Below are positions 1-15,945 of a stretch of 64,000 nt of DNA, in pieces. The stretch lies in assembly GCF_009914755.1 (NCBI RefSeq), contig NC_060947.1; one strand, written 5' to 3'. The notes beneath the pieces are model-generated. The model was not told the DNA's origin. It made no database searches and worked only from the letters and a program-made list of their open reading frames with translations. The stretch comes from the human T2T-CHM13v2.0 reference genome, Homo sapiens. The stretch's first letter is position 1; every line of letters starts with the position of its first letter. A program made the position numbers and the translations under genes.

Positions 1-62
1 CATCGCTCACGCTGGGAGCCCTAGACTGGAGCTGTTCCTATTCGGCCATCTTGGCTCCACCC
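1..62 (-). mobile_element. 5' terminus of an L1PA (young-type 5'UTR) whose body lies left of the window
   Basis: Reverse complement reads GGGTGGAGCCAAGATGGCCGAATAGGAACAGCTCCAGTCTAGGGCTCCCAGCGTGAGCGATG, the L1PA 5'UTR start. Flank TATTTTCTGTTTTCTTT|AA (63-81) resembles a TSD/endonuclease site. Confidence 0.93.
43..53 (-). promoter_or_regulatory. L1 5'UTR YY1 binding site (CAAGATGGCCG)
   Basis: cggccatcttg on + strand; the known YY1 site near the L1 transcription start, intact here. Confidence 0.8.
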
Positions 63-84
63 TATTTTCTGTTTTCTTTAATTT

Positions 85-150
85 GTGTCCCTAGTGCCTA
101 AAAGAATGTTTGACATATAGTAGAGGCTCATCTGCTTGAATGAATGAAAA
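85..150 (+). mobile_element. L2 3' end fragment
   Basis: gtgtccctagtgcct...tgacatatagtag...tgaatgaatgaa resembles the L2 3' terminus. Confidence 0.6.
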
Positions 151-349
151 CAAAATCAAGACTTTTCTCTCTTGGAGGCTTTATAAATGACAATGCCACA
201 TTTGGAACAGAACACATATCACTCCTTTTCCTAGGCTGAGAGAAAAGTTGTCATAATTTAGAGGGAATAAAGGATAAACAGCATTTATAAATATAAATAT
301 TTTTCAATTGATGAACATTTCATATTCTATCCTATGGATTTTATTGTCT

Positions 350-760
350 CTTGTTTATTGAACACCTACTATGTGTTGACCTTTATATAAAAAGCTCATT
401 TAATATTCACAACAAACTTATGAAGTAGGCTTTGCCATTTTTCATTCTAACATGCTGCAGTTTTTTTTTTAAATGCACCATTTGTTTCCTAGTAGACTTT
501 TAGGAGAAGAAAATAAAAAAGGCAGGCAGGTAGGACTCCCATAGTAAATATACATATGGATTATAGGATGCCCGAGCATTTCAGAAACTTTAAAATGTTC
601 CAACATTTGAGGCAGTATGTTATTAGACCCCTTACACAAATGAATACATAGAAGCTTAGAGAGGTTAAATAAATTGGCTTTCATTCACATAACCAAGTGA
701 ATAGCAGAATTCAAATACAGATCTACTTAATTACAAAGCCTGTGATATATCCACTACACT
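350..760 (-). mobile_element. MIR, in two pieces (~350-450 and ~650-760)
   Basis: tttattgaacacctactatgtg...catttaatattcacaacaaacttatgaagtagg and gcttagagaggttaaataa...gaattcaaatacag match the reverse MIR core. Confidence 0.65.
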
Positions 761-799
761 TCCCTGGTTTCTAAGATGATATCCCCATTCTTTTAGCCA

Positions 800-1000
800 G
801 GGTTGTTACCACCCCATAAAGGGCATCTAGAGATGTCTAGAGATGTTGGGAGGCAGGGGAGTTTATGTCCTAATAACATGGGAATACCTGTGGCGTTTAG
901 AAAATGGGAGCCAGGAAGCCTACATATTCATACAATGCATAGGACCAGTTCCGTCCAACAAAGAACTGTCCCACAAATAGGTAACATGGCTGAAAAATCA
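800..1000 (+). mobile_element. MER20-like hAT-Charlie DNA transposon
   Basis: gggcatctagagatgtctagagat...gagccaggaagcctacatattcatacaatgcataggac...caacaaagaactgtcc follows the MER20 consensus order. Confidence 0.65.
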
Positions 1001-2130
1001 ACATTAACTGACAGCTCACTCTATGCCAGTGCTGGGGTAAGTGATAGGGATATAAAGATGAAAAAGACTTGGTTCTTAATTTCAGGAAACCTATTTTCGA
1101 GTGAGACAAACAAACAAACAGCCATCTCATACATCACAATAAGTAATTTATCAAAATTATGGACAAAGGAATATAGGAGTCAGAGAAAGAGGAAGAATAA
1201 GTCAGAAAAGGTTTCATGGAGGGAGTAGCCTCTGAGTTGGATCTTCAAAAGTAAGTATAAGTTTTTTTAACTAGATAAAGAGGGTTAGTATTTCAGGACT
1301 AGGTGACAGCATATGTGAAGGCATAAAATGTAAAAGGACATGTCAGGAAAGGTAGTTATATGTACTGGCTGAAACTGCAGCTCTAGAGCTTAGCTGCATT
1401 CATAGTCTGCCTTTGCTACTTCCTAGCTATGAATCTGACAAGCTACTTAACCTCCTTGTGCTTGTTTTTCCTGTATAAAATGGGGATAATAATAATGGAA
1501 TTATTTCATAAGACTGATGGAAGAGTAAATTAGTTATATATGAAATATTTCTAATGGTATCTAGCACATAGTAATCTTTCAGTTAATGTTAGCTGTTATT
1601 TTAAAAACAAGAGATTCATTTGTTCTACTATTTGTACTCTGTTTCAGCAAGTATCTAAGACAGATGACAGATAGGTAGGTAGATAGATACAGAGAGATAA
1701 ATATTGGAATTGAGGGAAACTGCGAAATGTCCATTTTTACTAAAGCATCAGTTGGGATGCATAAAATGGAAAGGTGGAACAAAGTTCACATCACTGTATT
1801 TATATCAGACATAAGGAGTTTAGATTTTATCCTATAGTAAATGGGGAGCCATAGATGGATCTTAGGCAGAGGAGTGGCATGATCAGATTTGTGTTCTGAT
1901 TCTACTGTGGAAGATGGACTGAAGAGGAGAGACTGAAGATAGGGAGACCAATAGGAAGTAGCTGAAGAGATCCAGGATACAAGTGATAATATCTATCCTC
2001 AGGCAAGGGTAGTTAGAGTGTTAAGGAAGGGATGGATTTATGACTGAATCACAATACACTTGGTTATTGATCAATTGGACATAAATGAGATTGAGAAATG
2101 TGAGGAAAGAGTGGAAGTTAAGAACCCAGA
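1000..2130 (-). mobile_element. L2, interrupted by a MIR
   Basis: gatataaagatgaaaaagac...ggagtttagattttatcctatagtaaatggggagcca...ggagtggcatgatcagatttgtgtt are typical reverse-L2 motifs. Confidence 0.7.
1378..1600 (+). mobile_element. MIR
   Basis: gctacttcctagctatga...ctacttaacctc...ctgtataaaatggggataataata...tagcacatagtaa...atgttagct. Confidence 0.8.
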
Positions 2131-3109
2131 TATAGAAGTCTCTTGACTCTTGTCCAATGCTCTTACATTTCTTTAAGTTGTTTAATTTTCTCTGATGCTG
2201 CCCTTAGTTTGTGCTGGACCTCTTCCATGGCACAGAGGCCTGCTCTTTTAGTGACGTATCCTGTGTCTCCTCGTTTTCTCCATTATTTTACTAAGGGGCT
2301 CTAAGCTGGGAGTACAACTTCTCTCTTTCCTTTATGTCCAGAGGTGCTCATTTATAGAAGTACTCCTGGCGGTTGGCCATCACTTACCCAGGAACTCCTA
2401 AGGCCCTTGGGTGGCCTGGGCATGGGCACAGGAATTGAGGAAGGTGCCAAGACCCCATTGCTGTCTAATGGCACAGTTCTCTGGGATCCAATTCTGTGTC
2501 TCTGTGGGAAATCTCTGCAAATACTGTGATTCCAGCCACCCTGTGGGCTTTGCCCAAACAGAGAGTGCTTTTGGCTGAGCCACCACTCCTTCCATTTCTA
2601 AACTTTGTGTATTTCAAGGGAAATCTGATCTGGACCTTTCTGATTCATTTACACTTAAATAACCCAAGGACTCTGTTGTAAGAGTAAACTCAGCTCCAAA
2701 AATGTCTTATAAGATTTAGTTATAAAACTCCCTAAGATTTTGTGAGCTAGAATTTTTTTTACCCCCCCTTCTCTTTGAAACAAGATGTTGTGACTTTGCC
2801 AAGAGTAAATGGATTTGCAACCTCAAAGGGGTCGTGTTTGGTTCAAGAGTCAGAAATCATGAAGTTCAAAGGCCCAAATGCATTCTTCAAGAATTGGCAA
2901 AAAAGAACCCAAGTGGATGGGATAAATGATAAATCTAGGAGGAACTTGGTGAGGGGGTGACAGGAAGCATTCATTCTACTCTTTTGGTTCCGTGTCCCAA
3001 AGCCTCATGACTTTTGTCTCTTAACTGAGAAAATGGAGTCATGAGAAAGCACACTCCTACAAGGGACCAGGAAAATCAGGCAGAGAGACAACTCCCATTT
3101 TGAGTAAGT

Positions 3110-3285
3110 TCCTGACTGTTTACAGAATGCTTTTCACAGTGTTTTCTCTCACTTAGTTAATCCTCCAACAGCCCTGTGGGCTAGCAATAATCATCCCCAT
3201 TTTCCAGAGGAAGAGAATGAGGTTTAGAAGAGAGGAAGTGACATATCCAATGCTACAGAACTGTTTTACAACAAAGTCAGGAATT
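3110..3285 (-). mobile_element. MIR
   Basis: aatcctccaacagccctgtg...atccccattttccagaggaagagaatgagg...gaagtgac. Confidence 0.7.
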
Positions 3286-3399
3286 CTCTTTAATGAAATT
3301 CAGACTATATTAGGCTAGGGAGAAGTAAGATGTGGAAACTTACCTTGGGCTGCTGACAGCCAAGAAGGTGACTATAACGGAGTTTCTATTTATGAAACT

Positions 3400-3680
3400 C
3401 TCCTTGATGAACCCCAGCTAAGAGTTGTCCCTTGCTTCATTGAAACCCCATGAGAAGTTTGATCATGCATCTCATAGAACATATATAACATTTTCCCTTT
3501 GTTTTATAGTTATCTGTGTATTTATTTTATAACCTTCATTCTCATTTTTCTTCATATTTCACTAGACTATGAGCATCTCAAAGACTGAAATGTGTCCTGC
3601 TCATCTTTCTGCCCAGTGTCTAGTTCAGTGTCTAGCACAAGATAGAGTAATCTGTCAGTAAATGTTGAAAAGATAAATGT
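3400..3680 (+). mobile_element. L2 3' portion
   Basis: cactagactatgagcatctcaaagac...cccagtgtctag...gtaaatgttgaa. Confidence 0.65.
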
Positions 3681-4969
3681 GCAGAGGGTGGATATGTGAG
3701 CATGTCCAGACACCAATGTATGTGTATGTTGATTTGTGTTTGTGTGGGTGTGGAGATAAATGCATTTTATAGAAATATAGATTTTGGTGGGGATGAGTAT
3801 GTATTCATGTGCATTAAAAAAGTGGGGTATGGGGGCTTGAGGAGGTGGCTGGCAAGAAGCCATGAGGGACTGTGCCATGAGGAACAGTGCATCCCAGCCC
3901 AGATACTACACTTTTCCCACAATCTTTGCAATCCACAGACAAAGAGATTCTCTTGGTTGCCTACACCATCAGGGCCCTGGGTTTCAAGAACAAAATTGGG
4001 CAGCTGTTTGGGCAGACACCAAGATAGGTGCAGGTTTTTTTCCCCCCAGTGGTGCCTGGAATACCAGCAAGACAAAACCATTTACTCCCCTGGAAAGAGG
4101 GTTGAAGCCAGGGAGCCAAGTGGTCTAGCTCAGTGGATGTCACTCCCTAGAAGCCCTGCAAGCTAAGATCCACTGGCTTGAAATACTCGCTGCCAGCACA
4201 GCAGTCAGCAGTCGACCAGGGATGCTGGAGCTTGGTGGGGGTAGGGGCACCCGCCATTACTGAGGATTAAGTAGGCAGTTTTCCCCTCACACTGTAAACA
4301 AAGTCGCCTGGAAGTTTAAACTGGGCGGAGCCCATCACAGCTCCACAACACCGCTGTAGCCAGACTGCCTCTCTAGATTCCTCCTCCCTGGGCAGAACAT
4401 CTCTGAAAGAAAGGCAGCAACCCCATTCAGGGGCTTGTAGATAAAACCTCCATCTCCCTGGGACAGAGTACCTGTGAAAAGGGGTGGCTGTGGGCACAGC
4501 TTCAGCAGACTTAAACTAAACATTCCTGCCTGCTGGCTCTGAAGAGAGCAGTGGATTTAAAAGCAAGGCGCTCAAGCTCTGCTAAGGGACAAGCTGCCTC
4601 CTCAAGTGGGTCCCTGACCCCCGTGACTCCTGACTGGGAGATACCTCCCAGCAGGTGTCAACAGACAACTCATACCAGAAAGCTCTGGCTGACATCTGGT
4701 GGTGCCCCTCTGGGATGAAGCTTCCAGAGGAAGGAGCAGGCAGCAATCTTTGCTGCTCTGAAGGCTCTGCTGGTGATACCCAGGAAAACAGGTCCTGGAG
4801 TGGACCTCCAGCAAACTCCAGCAGACCTGCAGCAGAGGAGCCTAACTGTTAAAAGAAAAATGAACAAACAAAAAGGGATAGCATCAATATCAATATAAAG
4901 GATGTCCACTGAAAAACCTCATTCAAAAGTCGCCAACATCAAAAATGAAAGTTAGATAAATACACAAAG

Positions 4970-5884
4970 ATGAGAAAAACCAGTGCAAAAACACAGAAAA
5001 TTTCAAAAACTAGAATGCCTCTTCTTTGCTAAAGGATCACAACTCCTCACCAGCAAGGGAACAAAACTGAATGAAGAATGAGTTTGACGAATTGACAGAA
5101 GTAGGCTTCAGAAGGTGGGTAATAACAAACTCCTCTGAGCTAAAGAAGCATGTTCTAACCTAATGCAAGGAAGCAAATAATCTTGCTGACGGAGCTGGAA
5201 AACACAGCATGAGAACTTCGTGAAGCATACACAAGTATCAATAGCCAAATCAATCAAGTGGAAAAAAGATATCAGAGATTGAAGATCAACTTAATGAAAT
5301 AAAGCATGAAGAAAATATTAGACAAAAATGACCGAAAAAGAAGGAACAAAGCCTCCAAGAAATATGGGACTATGTGGAAAGACCAACCCTGTGTTTGATT
5401 GGTGTACATGAAACTGATGGGGATAATGAAACTAAATCAGAAAATGCTCCTCAGCTTTTTATCCAGAAGAACTTCCCCAACCTACCAAGACAGGCCAACA
5501 TTCAAATTCAGGATACATAGAACACCATGAAGGTACTCCTTGAGAAGAGCAACCCTAAGACACATAAACATCAGATTCACCAAGGTTGAAATGAAAGAGA
5601 AAATGTTAAGGGCAGCCAGAGAGAAAGGTCAGGATATGCACCATAAAAAGCCCATCAGTCTAACAGTGGATCTCTCTGCAGAAACTCTACATGCCAGAAG
5701 AGACTGGGGGCCAATATTTAACATTCTTAAAGAAAATAATTTTCAACCCAGAATTACATATCCAGCCAAACTAAGCTTCATAAGCAAAGGAGAAATAAAA
5801 TTCTTTCTACAAAAGCTCCTGAAGGAAGCACTGAATATGAAAAAAAAAAGGTCCCAGTCACTGGAAAAACATACCAAATTGTAA
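4970..5884 (+). pseudogene. Disrupted L1 ORF1p
   Basis: ATG at 4970; track ORF 5540-5884 (RFTKVEMKEKMLRAAREKG...NFQPRITYPAKLSF) is the ORF1p C-terminus; stops and frameshifts upstream. Confidence 0.9.
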
Positions 5885-5947
5885 AGACCATTGGCACTAT
5901 GAAAAAACTACATCAACTAACAGGCAAAATAACCTGCTAGCATCATA

Positions 5948-9737
<3,790 letters not shown>

Positions 9738-11094
9738 ACAAATAGAACACATACAGTGAGAGGAACATGACACAACTGTGCTTGTCAGGGGGTGGGGTCT
9801 AGAGGAGGGATAGCATTGGGAGAAATGCTTAATGTAGATGACAGGTTGATGGGTGCAGCAAACCACGTGGCACGTGTATACCTATGTAACAAGCCTGCAC
9901 GTTCTGCACGTGTCCCAGAACTTAAAGTATGATAACATAATTAATAAATAAAAAAATAAAAATTAGAAAGTTTGAAGCTGTGTATGTGTGTGTCTTTCCA
10001 CGTGTATTAGGAAAATGTAATTCTGTGAGTATGCTTAGAGTTGAGGCCTGTTTAAATTTCATCCTGGGACTGAATATGAAAGGAGACTTTGTACTTGCCT
10101 AAATAATTATTTGAGAAAACCAAAGGCTTTCATAACTACTACTCAGCCCTGAAAATTCCAAAGTCTAGCTCTAAAGACAATTCCAAAGTCTTTGCTGATG
10201 CTCTCTCACAGAGTAATGAGTCACAGAGCTAGGGATTGACAAAAATGATGTCAGCAAAGTTCATACATGAAGTCCTCATTTCACATTTATGTGGCCTTTT
10301 GTGCCTTCCCTTTCCACACCCACCCCCTAGAGCCCTCAAGTTAGATGAAATCCCCTTGGAACAAGGAAAATGTCTGATAAGTAGGGTTGGACAAATAGAG
10401 AGACCCAAGGCCTTGTTTTCAAAACTGAAGATTCTGAGGTTCTTCTTGGCTGCTACTAGCTTTCTGCTGCTACCACTCATGTACTAGAGGAGCATTTAAA
10501 GATTTTTCTAAAACCTCTGACTTCTGGGGTATAGAGCAATTGGACTGGGAAAATGGGACACATCAGATGGGAACTCCCTTTTTTGCATCACTAAATCTAT
10601 TTATAACTATACCTATTCTTTCTACTTTTTTTTCTGTTACAATGGAGGAACGGTTTATACTCCTTTCTAAGACCAAAATTTTTACCTGTATTTTGGATCC
10701 CAATCCCTCTCACCTTATCAAAGTCTTCACTTCTTCGGTTTCCACTCACACTCCCCTCACATCTTTTTCCTTATTGGATCATCATCATCATCCTACACAC
10801 ATATTCTAGTATCTCACACTTACAAATACATTATTCCTTCATCTCACATTTCCTTTTAGCTACTCTCTCTAGCTATTTATCTGTTCCACTTAGCAAAACT
10901 TCTCAAAAGAGTCATTTGGAAGTATTGTCTCTATTTCTTTACCTGTAAGTCATTCGTTACTTGATTCTAATGAAAATTCTCTGGTTCAGCTCGCCAATGA
11001 TCTTCATGTTGCCAAATCCGAAGGATATTTTTCTGACTTTAAATTACTGAACCTCTCAACAACTTTTAAATACTGCTCACTTCACTCCTTTAAA

Positions 11095-14000
11095 AAATTA
11101 ATGGGATAAGAACACTTACCAGTATATTTACCTTCTTAACAATTTTTAAGTGTATGTACATTGTTGCCTACTATAAGTGCAATGTTTTACAGCAGATCTC
11201 CAGAGCTTATTCATCTTATTCAACTGAAAGTTATGCTCATTGACTAGTAACTCCCCATTTCTCTTTCCCCCATTCTCTGGCAATCCCCATTCCATTCTTT
11301 GATTCTATGACTATTTTAGATACCTCTGATAAGTGAAAATATGGAGTATTTGAATCTCTGAGACTGGCTTATTTCAGTTAGTATAATGTTCTCAAGGTTC
11401 ATCCATGTTGTCTTATATTTCAGGTTTTTAAAAGCTGAATAGTCCTCCATTGTGTGTATATACCACCTTTATTTATCCATTCATTTGTCAATGGACATTT
11501 AGATTGCTTGTCTATCTTGGCTATTGTGAATAGTGCTGAAGTGAAATAGGAGTGCTGATATATTTTCAAAATCCTGATTTTAATTCTTTTGGATAAATAC
11601 CAGGAAGGGGATTGTTGGATCATATGATAGTTCTATTTTTAATGTTTAGAAGTATTTTCAAACTGTTTTTCATAGTGGTTGCAAGATTTTGCATTCCCAC
11701 CAACAGTGTTTAAGGGTTCCAATTTTTCCACATCCTTTCCAAAATTTCTTATTTTTTGTGATTTTTATTTTAAATAACAGCCATCCTGACAGGTGTGAGG
11801 TAATATCTCATTGTGCCTTTGATTTGCATTTTCGTGATTACTAGTGGCATTAAGCATTTTGGGGACATTTGCATGTCTTCTTAGGACAGATGCCTATTAA
11901 AATATTTAGCCCATTTTAAAATTGGGTTATTATTATTATTATTTTACTATTGATTCGTAGGAGTTCCTTATGTATATTGGAGATTAACCCCTTATCAAAT
12001 ATTTAGTTTGGAAATATCTTTCTCTGTAAATTGGCTTTTTACTCTGTTGAGTGTTTTCTTTGCTGTGCAGAAGCTTTTTAGTTTGATGTAGTTTTACTTG
12101 TTTATTTTTATTTTTGTTGCCTGTGCTTCTTGTGTCATATCCATAAAATCATTGCTAAGACCAATGTCATGAAGACTTGCCCCTGTTTTCTTCTGGGAGT
12201 TTTGCAGTATCAGATCCAATGTTTAAGTCACTAATCCACTTTGAGTTGATTTTTGTTTATAGTGCAAGATAAGGGTCTAAATTTCTTCTTTTTAAAGGCC
12301 TAATTGACAAAGTTGTGTATATTTACAGTGCATAACATGATGTTTTGATATGTGTATACATTTTGAAATCATTAAATCAAGTTAATTAACAGATTCATCT
12401 TCTCACCTACTTTTTTGTGCTAAGAATATTTAATATCTAATCTCTTAGTTATTCCCAAATACTATATACAACACATTATTTATTATTTGCTACAGTCTCC
12501 ATGCTGTACAATAGATCTCCAGAACTTATTCTTTCCATCTAACTGAAACTTTTTACTCTTTAATCAACATCTCCCCATTACCCTCCCATGCTCCAACCCC
12601 TGAAAACCACCATTCTACTCTCTGCTTCTGAGTTTGACTTTTTTAGTTTCCACGTATAAATGAGATCATGAGATATTTGTCTTTCTGTGCCTGGCTTATT
12701 TCACTTAGTGTAGTGTCCTCCAGGTTTATCCATATTGTCACAAATGACAGGATTTCTTTCTTTTTTAGTCTGCAAAATATTCTATATTCCATATTTCCAT
12801 ATATATATAAAGCACTTTATCAATTAATGAACACTTAAGTTGATTCCATATCTTGACTATTGTGAATAATGCTGCAGCAAACGTAGAATTGCAAATAGCT
12901 CTCCAACATACTGCTCTTGTTTACTTTGGATATATACCCAGTAGTAGGATAGCTGGATCATATTGTAGTTCCATTTTTGATTTCTTGGGGAACCTCCATA
13001 CTATCTTTCATAATGGCTATACTATCTAGTTTTATGGTTTTGAATTTGTATATCCAGTTTTTTTATATGCCAATTGTTGAAGTGACTATCCTTTCCCCAT
13101 TGTGTATTCTTAGCACTTTTGTTGAAGATTAGTTGACCATATATATAGGGATTTATTTCTGGGCACTCTGTTTTTTTTCTATTGAACTATATACTTGTCT
13201 TTATGCCAGTACCATACTGTTTTGATTACTGTTGATTTGTAATATATTTTGATATCAGTAGTAAACATTTCCAAACTCACTTTATGAGGCCATTACTCTG
13301 ATACCAAATACAGCTAAAACATCACAAGAAAAAAAAACTATATTTCAATATCCCTGATGAATTTAGACGTAAGAATCCTCAAGAAAACACTAGCAAATCA
13401 AATGTAATGACACAGTAAAAGAATCATATGCCATGGCCAAGTATGATTGATTTCTAGGATGCAAGAATGGTTCAACATAGAAAAATCAATTAATGTAATA
13501 TGCCACATTAACAGAATAAAGGTTAAAAATTACATGATCATCTCAATAGATGCAGAAAAAACATTTGACAAAATTCAACATCATTTTATGATAGAAACTC
13601 TAAACAAAATAGAAATATAAATAAATTACCTCAACATAATAGAAACAATATATTTAAAGCCCATAGTTAGCATCATATTCAATGATGAAAAACTGAAAGC
13701 TCTTCCTCTAAGATCAGGAATAAGACAGGAATGTCCACTCTCACCAATTCTATTCAACATAGTACTGAAAGTCCTTGCCAGAGCAATTCAGCAATAAAAA
13801 CAAAGCCATCCAAGTAAGAAAGGAAGAGGTAGTATTATCTCCACTGATGACATAACTTTATATGTAAAATACCCTAAAGACTCTACAAACTATTTGGGCT
13901 AATAAACAAGTTCAGTAAAGTTGCAGGACACAAAATCAACATACAAAAGTCAATTGTGTTTCTACACAATAATGACAAACTATCTAACAAGGAAATTAGG

Positions 14001-14325
14001 AAAACAATCCCATTTATAATAGCACTAAAATAATAAAATATTTGATAATAAAATTAAATAAGAAGGTGAAATACTTGTTTACTAAGAACTACAAAATATT
14101 AATAAAGAATTGAAGAGGACACAAACAGAAAGACATTCATGTTTATGTATTGGAAGACTTAATTTTTAAATGTCCAAACTACCTACAGAGATCTACCGAT
14201 TCAATGGCATTTCTATCAAAATTCTAATAGTATTTTTTTTTACAGAAATAGAAAAAAATTATAGAATTCATACATAGCTACCAAAGATCATAAATAGCAA
14301 AAATCAGTCTTGAGAAAGAACAACG
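11095..14325 (-). mobile_element. L1MA/L1MB-type 5'-truncated L1 with 5' inversion (minus 11095-13260; inverted plus segment 13261-14325)
   Basis: Reverse L1M 3' end from 11095; strand switch at ~13260; TSD-like actcctttaaaa (~11084) / actcgttttaaaa (~14328). Confidence 0.8.
12295..13025 (-). mobile_element. Second L1MA 3' end nested in the previous element
   Basis: A new reverse L1MA 3' terminus (attgacaaagttgtgtatatttacagtgcataacatgatgttttg) interrupts the host, which resumes at ~13030. Confidence 0.75.
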
Positions 14326-14340
14326 CTACTCGTTTTAAAA

Positions 14341-14656
14341 TCGGGACATGGATGAAATTGGAAATCATCATTCTCAGTAAACTATCGCAAGAACAAAAAA
14401 CCAAACACCGCATATTCTCACTCATAGGTAGGAATTGAACAATGAGAACACATGGACACAGGAAGGGGAACATCACACTCTGGGGACTGTTGTGGGGTCG
14501 GGGGAGGGGGGAGGGATAGCTTTAGGAGCTATACCTAATGCTAAATGATGAGTTAATGGGTGCAGCACACCAGCATGGCACATGTATACATATGTAACTA
14601 ACCTGCAAATTGTGCACATGTACCCTAAAACTTAAAGTATAATAATAATAATAAAA

Positions 14657-14691
<35 letters not shown>

Positions 14692-14695
14692 AATA
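14341..14695 (+). mobile_element. Young 5'-truncated L1PA2/3-like 3' end with (TAAA)n tail
   Basis: gaacaaaaaaccaaacaccgcatattctc, G-rich 3'UTR tract, cttaaagtataataat and a taaa-repeat tail; low divergence. Confidence 0.9.
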
Positions 14696-15861
14696 ATTTA
14701 TTCTTTTAGCTTCCATGATGCCACACTTCCTTGGCTTTTTTCTTACCTTCACTTAGGCAGTGGGGTAGTTTCCTTGCTTCATCTCCTTAAACTCAGGGCT
14801 TGTTTAGGGCACTCATTTGAGTCCACATCTCCCTTCACCATCTCTCTCTAGTTGATGCTGTGTAGCCCCATGGTTTTAAATTTCATTTATATTCACAGCT
14901 TACAAATATGTATCCCCAGGTTTGACCTTTACCTTGAGTTTCAGATTTGTGTATCTAAATGCCCACACGTCGTCCTAATATAGATGTCTCACAGATATGT
15001 CAAACACAAACATGACCAACTTAGAACTCTTAAGTCTTACCTTAAAACCTCTTCCTCACAGTATTAATCATCACAGTAAAGACAGTATTCACCCGTTCGC
15101 TCAAGCCAAAAAATAAATGCGGTCCTTGAATGCTCTCTTCCTCATCTCCCACATCCAGCCCATTAGAAGTTCCTGTCAATTCTACCTCCAAATATAAAGT
15201 TCAAAGAGAAAGAAATAAAGGACATTATGATTGGCAAGGAAGACATCAAATTTTCTTTTCATATGGATAATATGATCTTATGTTTTTTATTATTTATCTA
15301 TTTAGTGATTTGATTTTGCATGAACATTATTAGTGCATTTTTTATTTTACCATCTACATCAATTGTTAAATTTATTAAAAATTGGGTACAAGGTACACAT
15401 GAACTAAGGGAGTTTACCTAATAGATTATCCAAGATTATTTTTTGTTTGTTTCTCTGTTTGTTTTTGCTTTGTTTTATGCCTTTTTAATTTTTAAAAATT
15501 ATTTTTATATTTCAATAGGTTTTTGGGAAACAGGTGATGTTTGGTTACATGAATAAGTTATTTAGTGGTGATTTCTGAGATTTTGGTGCACTTATCACCC
15601 AAGCAGTGTATACTGTACCCAATGTGTAGTCTTTTACCCCTCACCACCCTCCTACCCTTTCTCTAGAGTCCTCAAAGTCCATTGTAACATTATTAGTGCC
15701 TTTGCATCCTCATCGCTTAGCTCCCACTATAAGTGAGAACATATGATGTTTATTTTTCCATTTCTGAGTTACTTCACTTAGAACTATTGTCTCCAAATCC
15801 ATCCAGGTTGCAGCAAATACCATTATTTCATTTCTTTTTATGGCTGAGTAGTATTTCATGG

Positions 15862-15885
15862 TATGTATGTGTCTGTGTGTGTGTG

Positions 15886-15944
<59 letters not shown>

Positions 15945-15945
15945 T
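15862..15945 (+). repeat. (TG)n(TA)n compound microsatellite
   Basis: Directly visible. Confidence 0.95.

Larger units (their letters stand above)
10600..15200 (+). mobile_element. L2 split by L1 insertions (pieces ~10600-11090 and ~14695-15200)
   Basis: ttggatcccaatccctc...caatgatcttcatgttgccaaatcc...tgctcacttcactcc resumes as tagcttccatgatgccacac...caagccaaaaa...tctacctccaaatat. Confidence 0.8.

Noticed and set aside
2398-2595. 65-aa minus-strand ORF (MEGVVAQPK...) near a splice donor
   Set aside because: No recognisable homology, and it stops before the donor; not supportable as a CDS.
14493-14515. G-quadruplex-like GGG tracts
   Set aside because: Standard L1 3'UTR polypurine tract.
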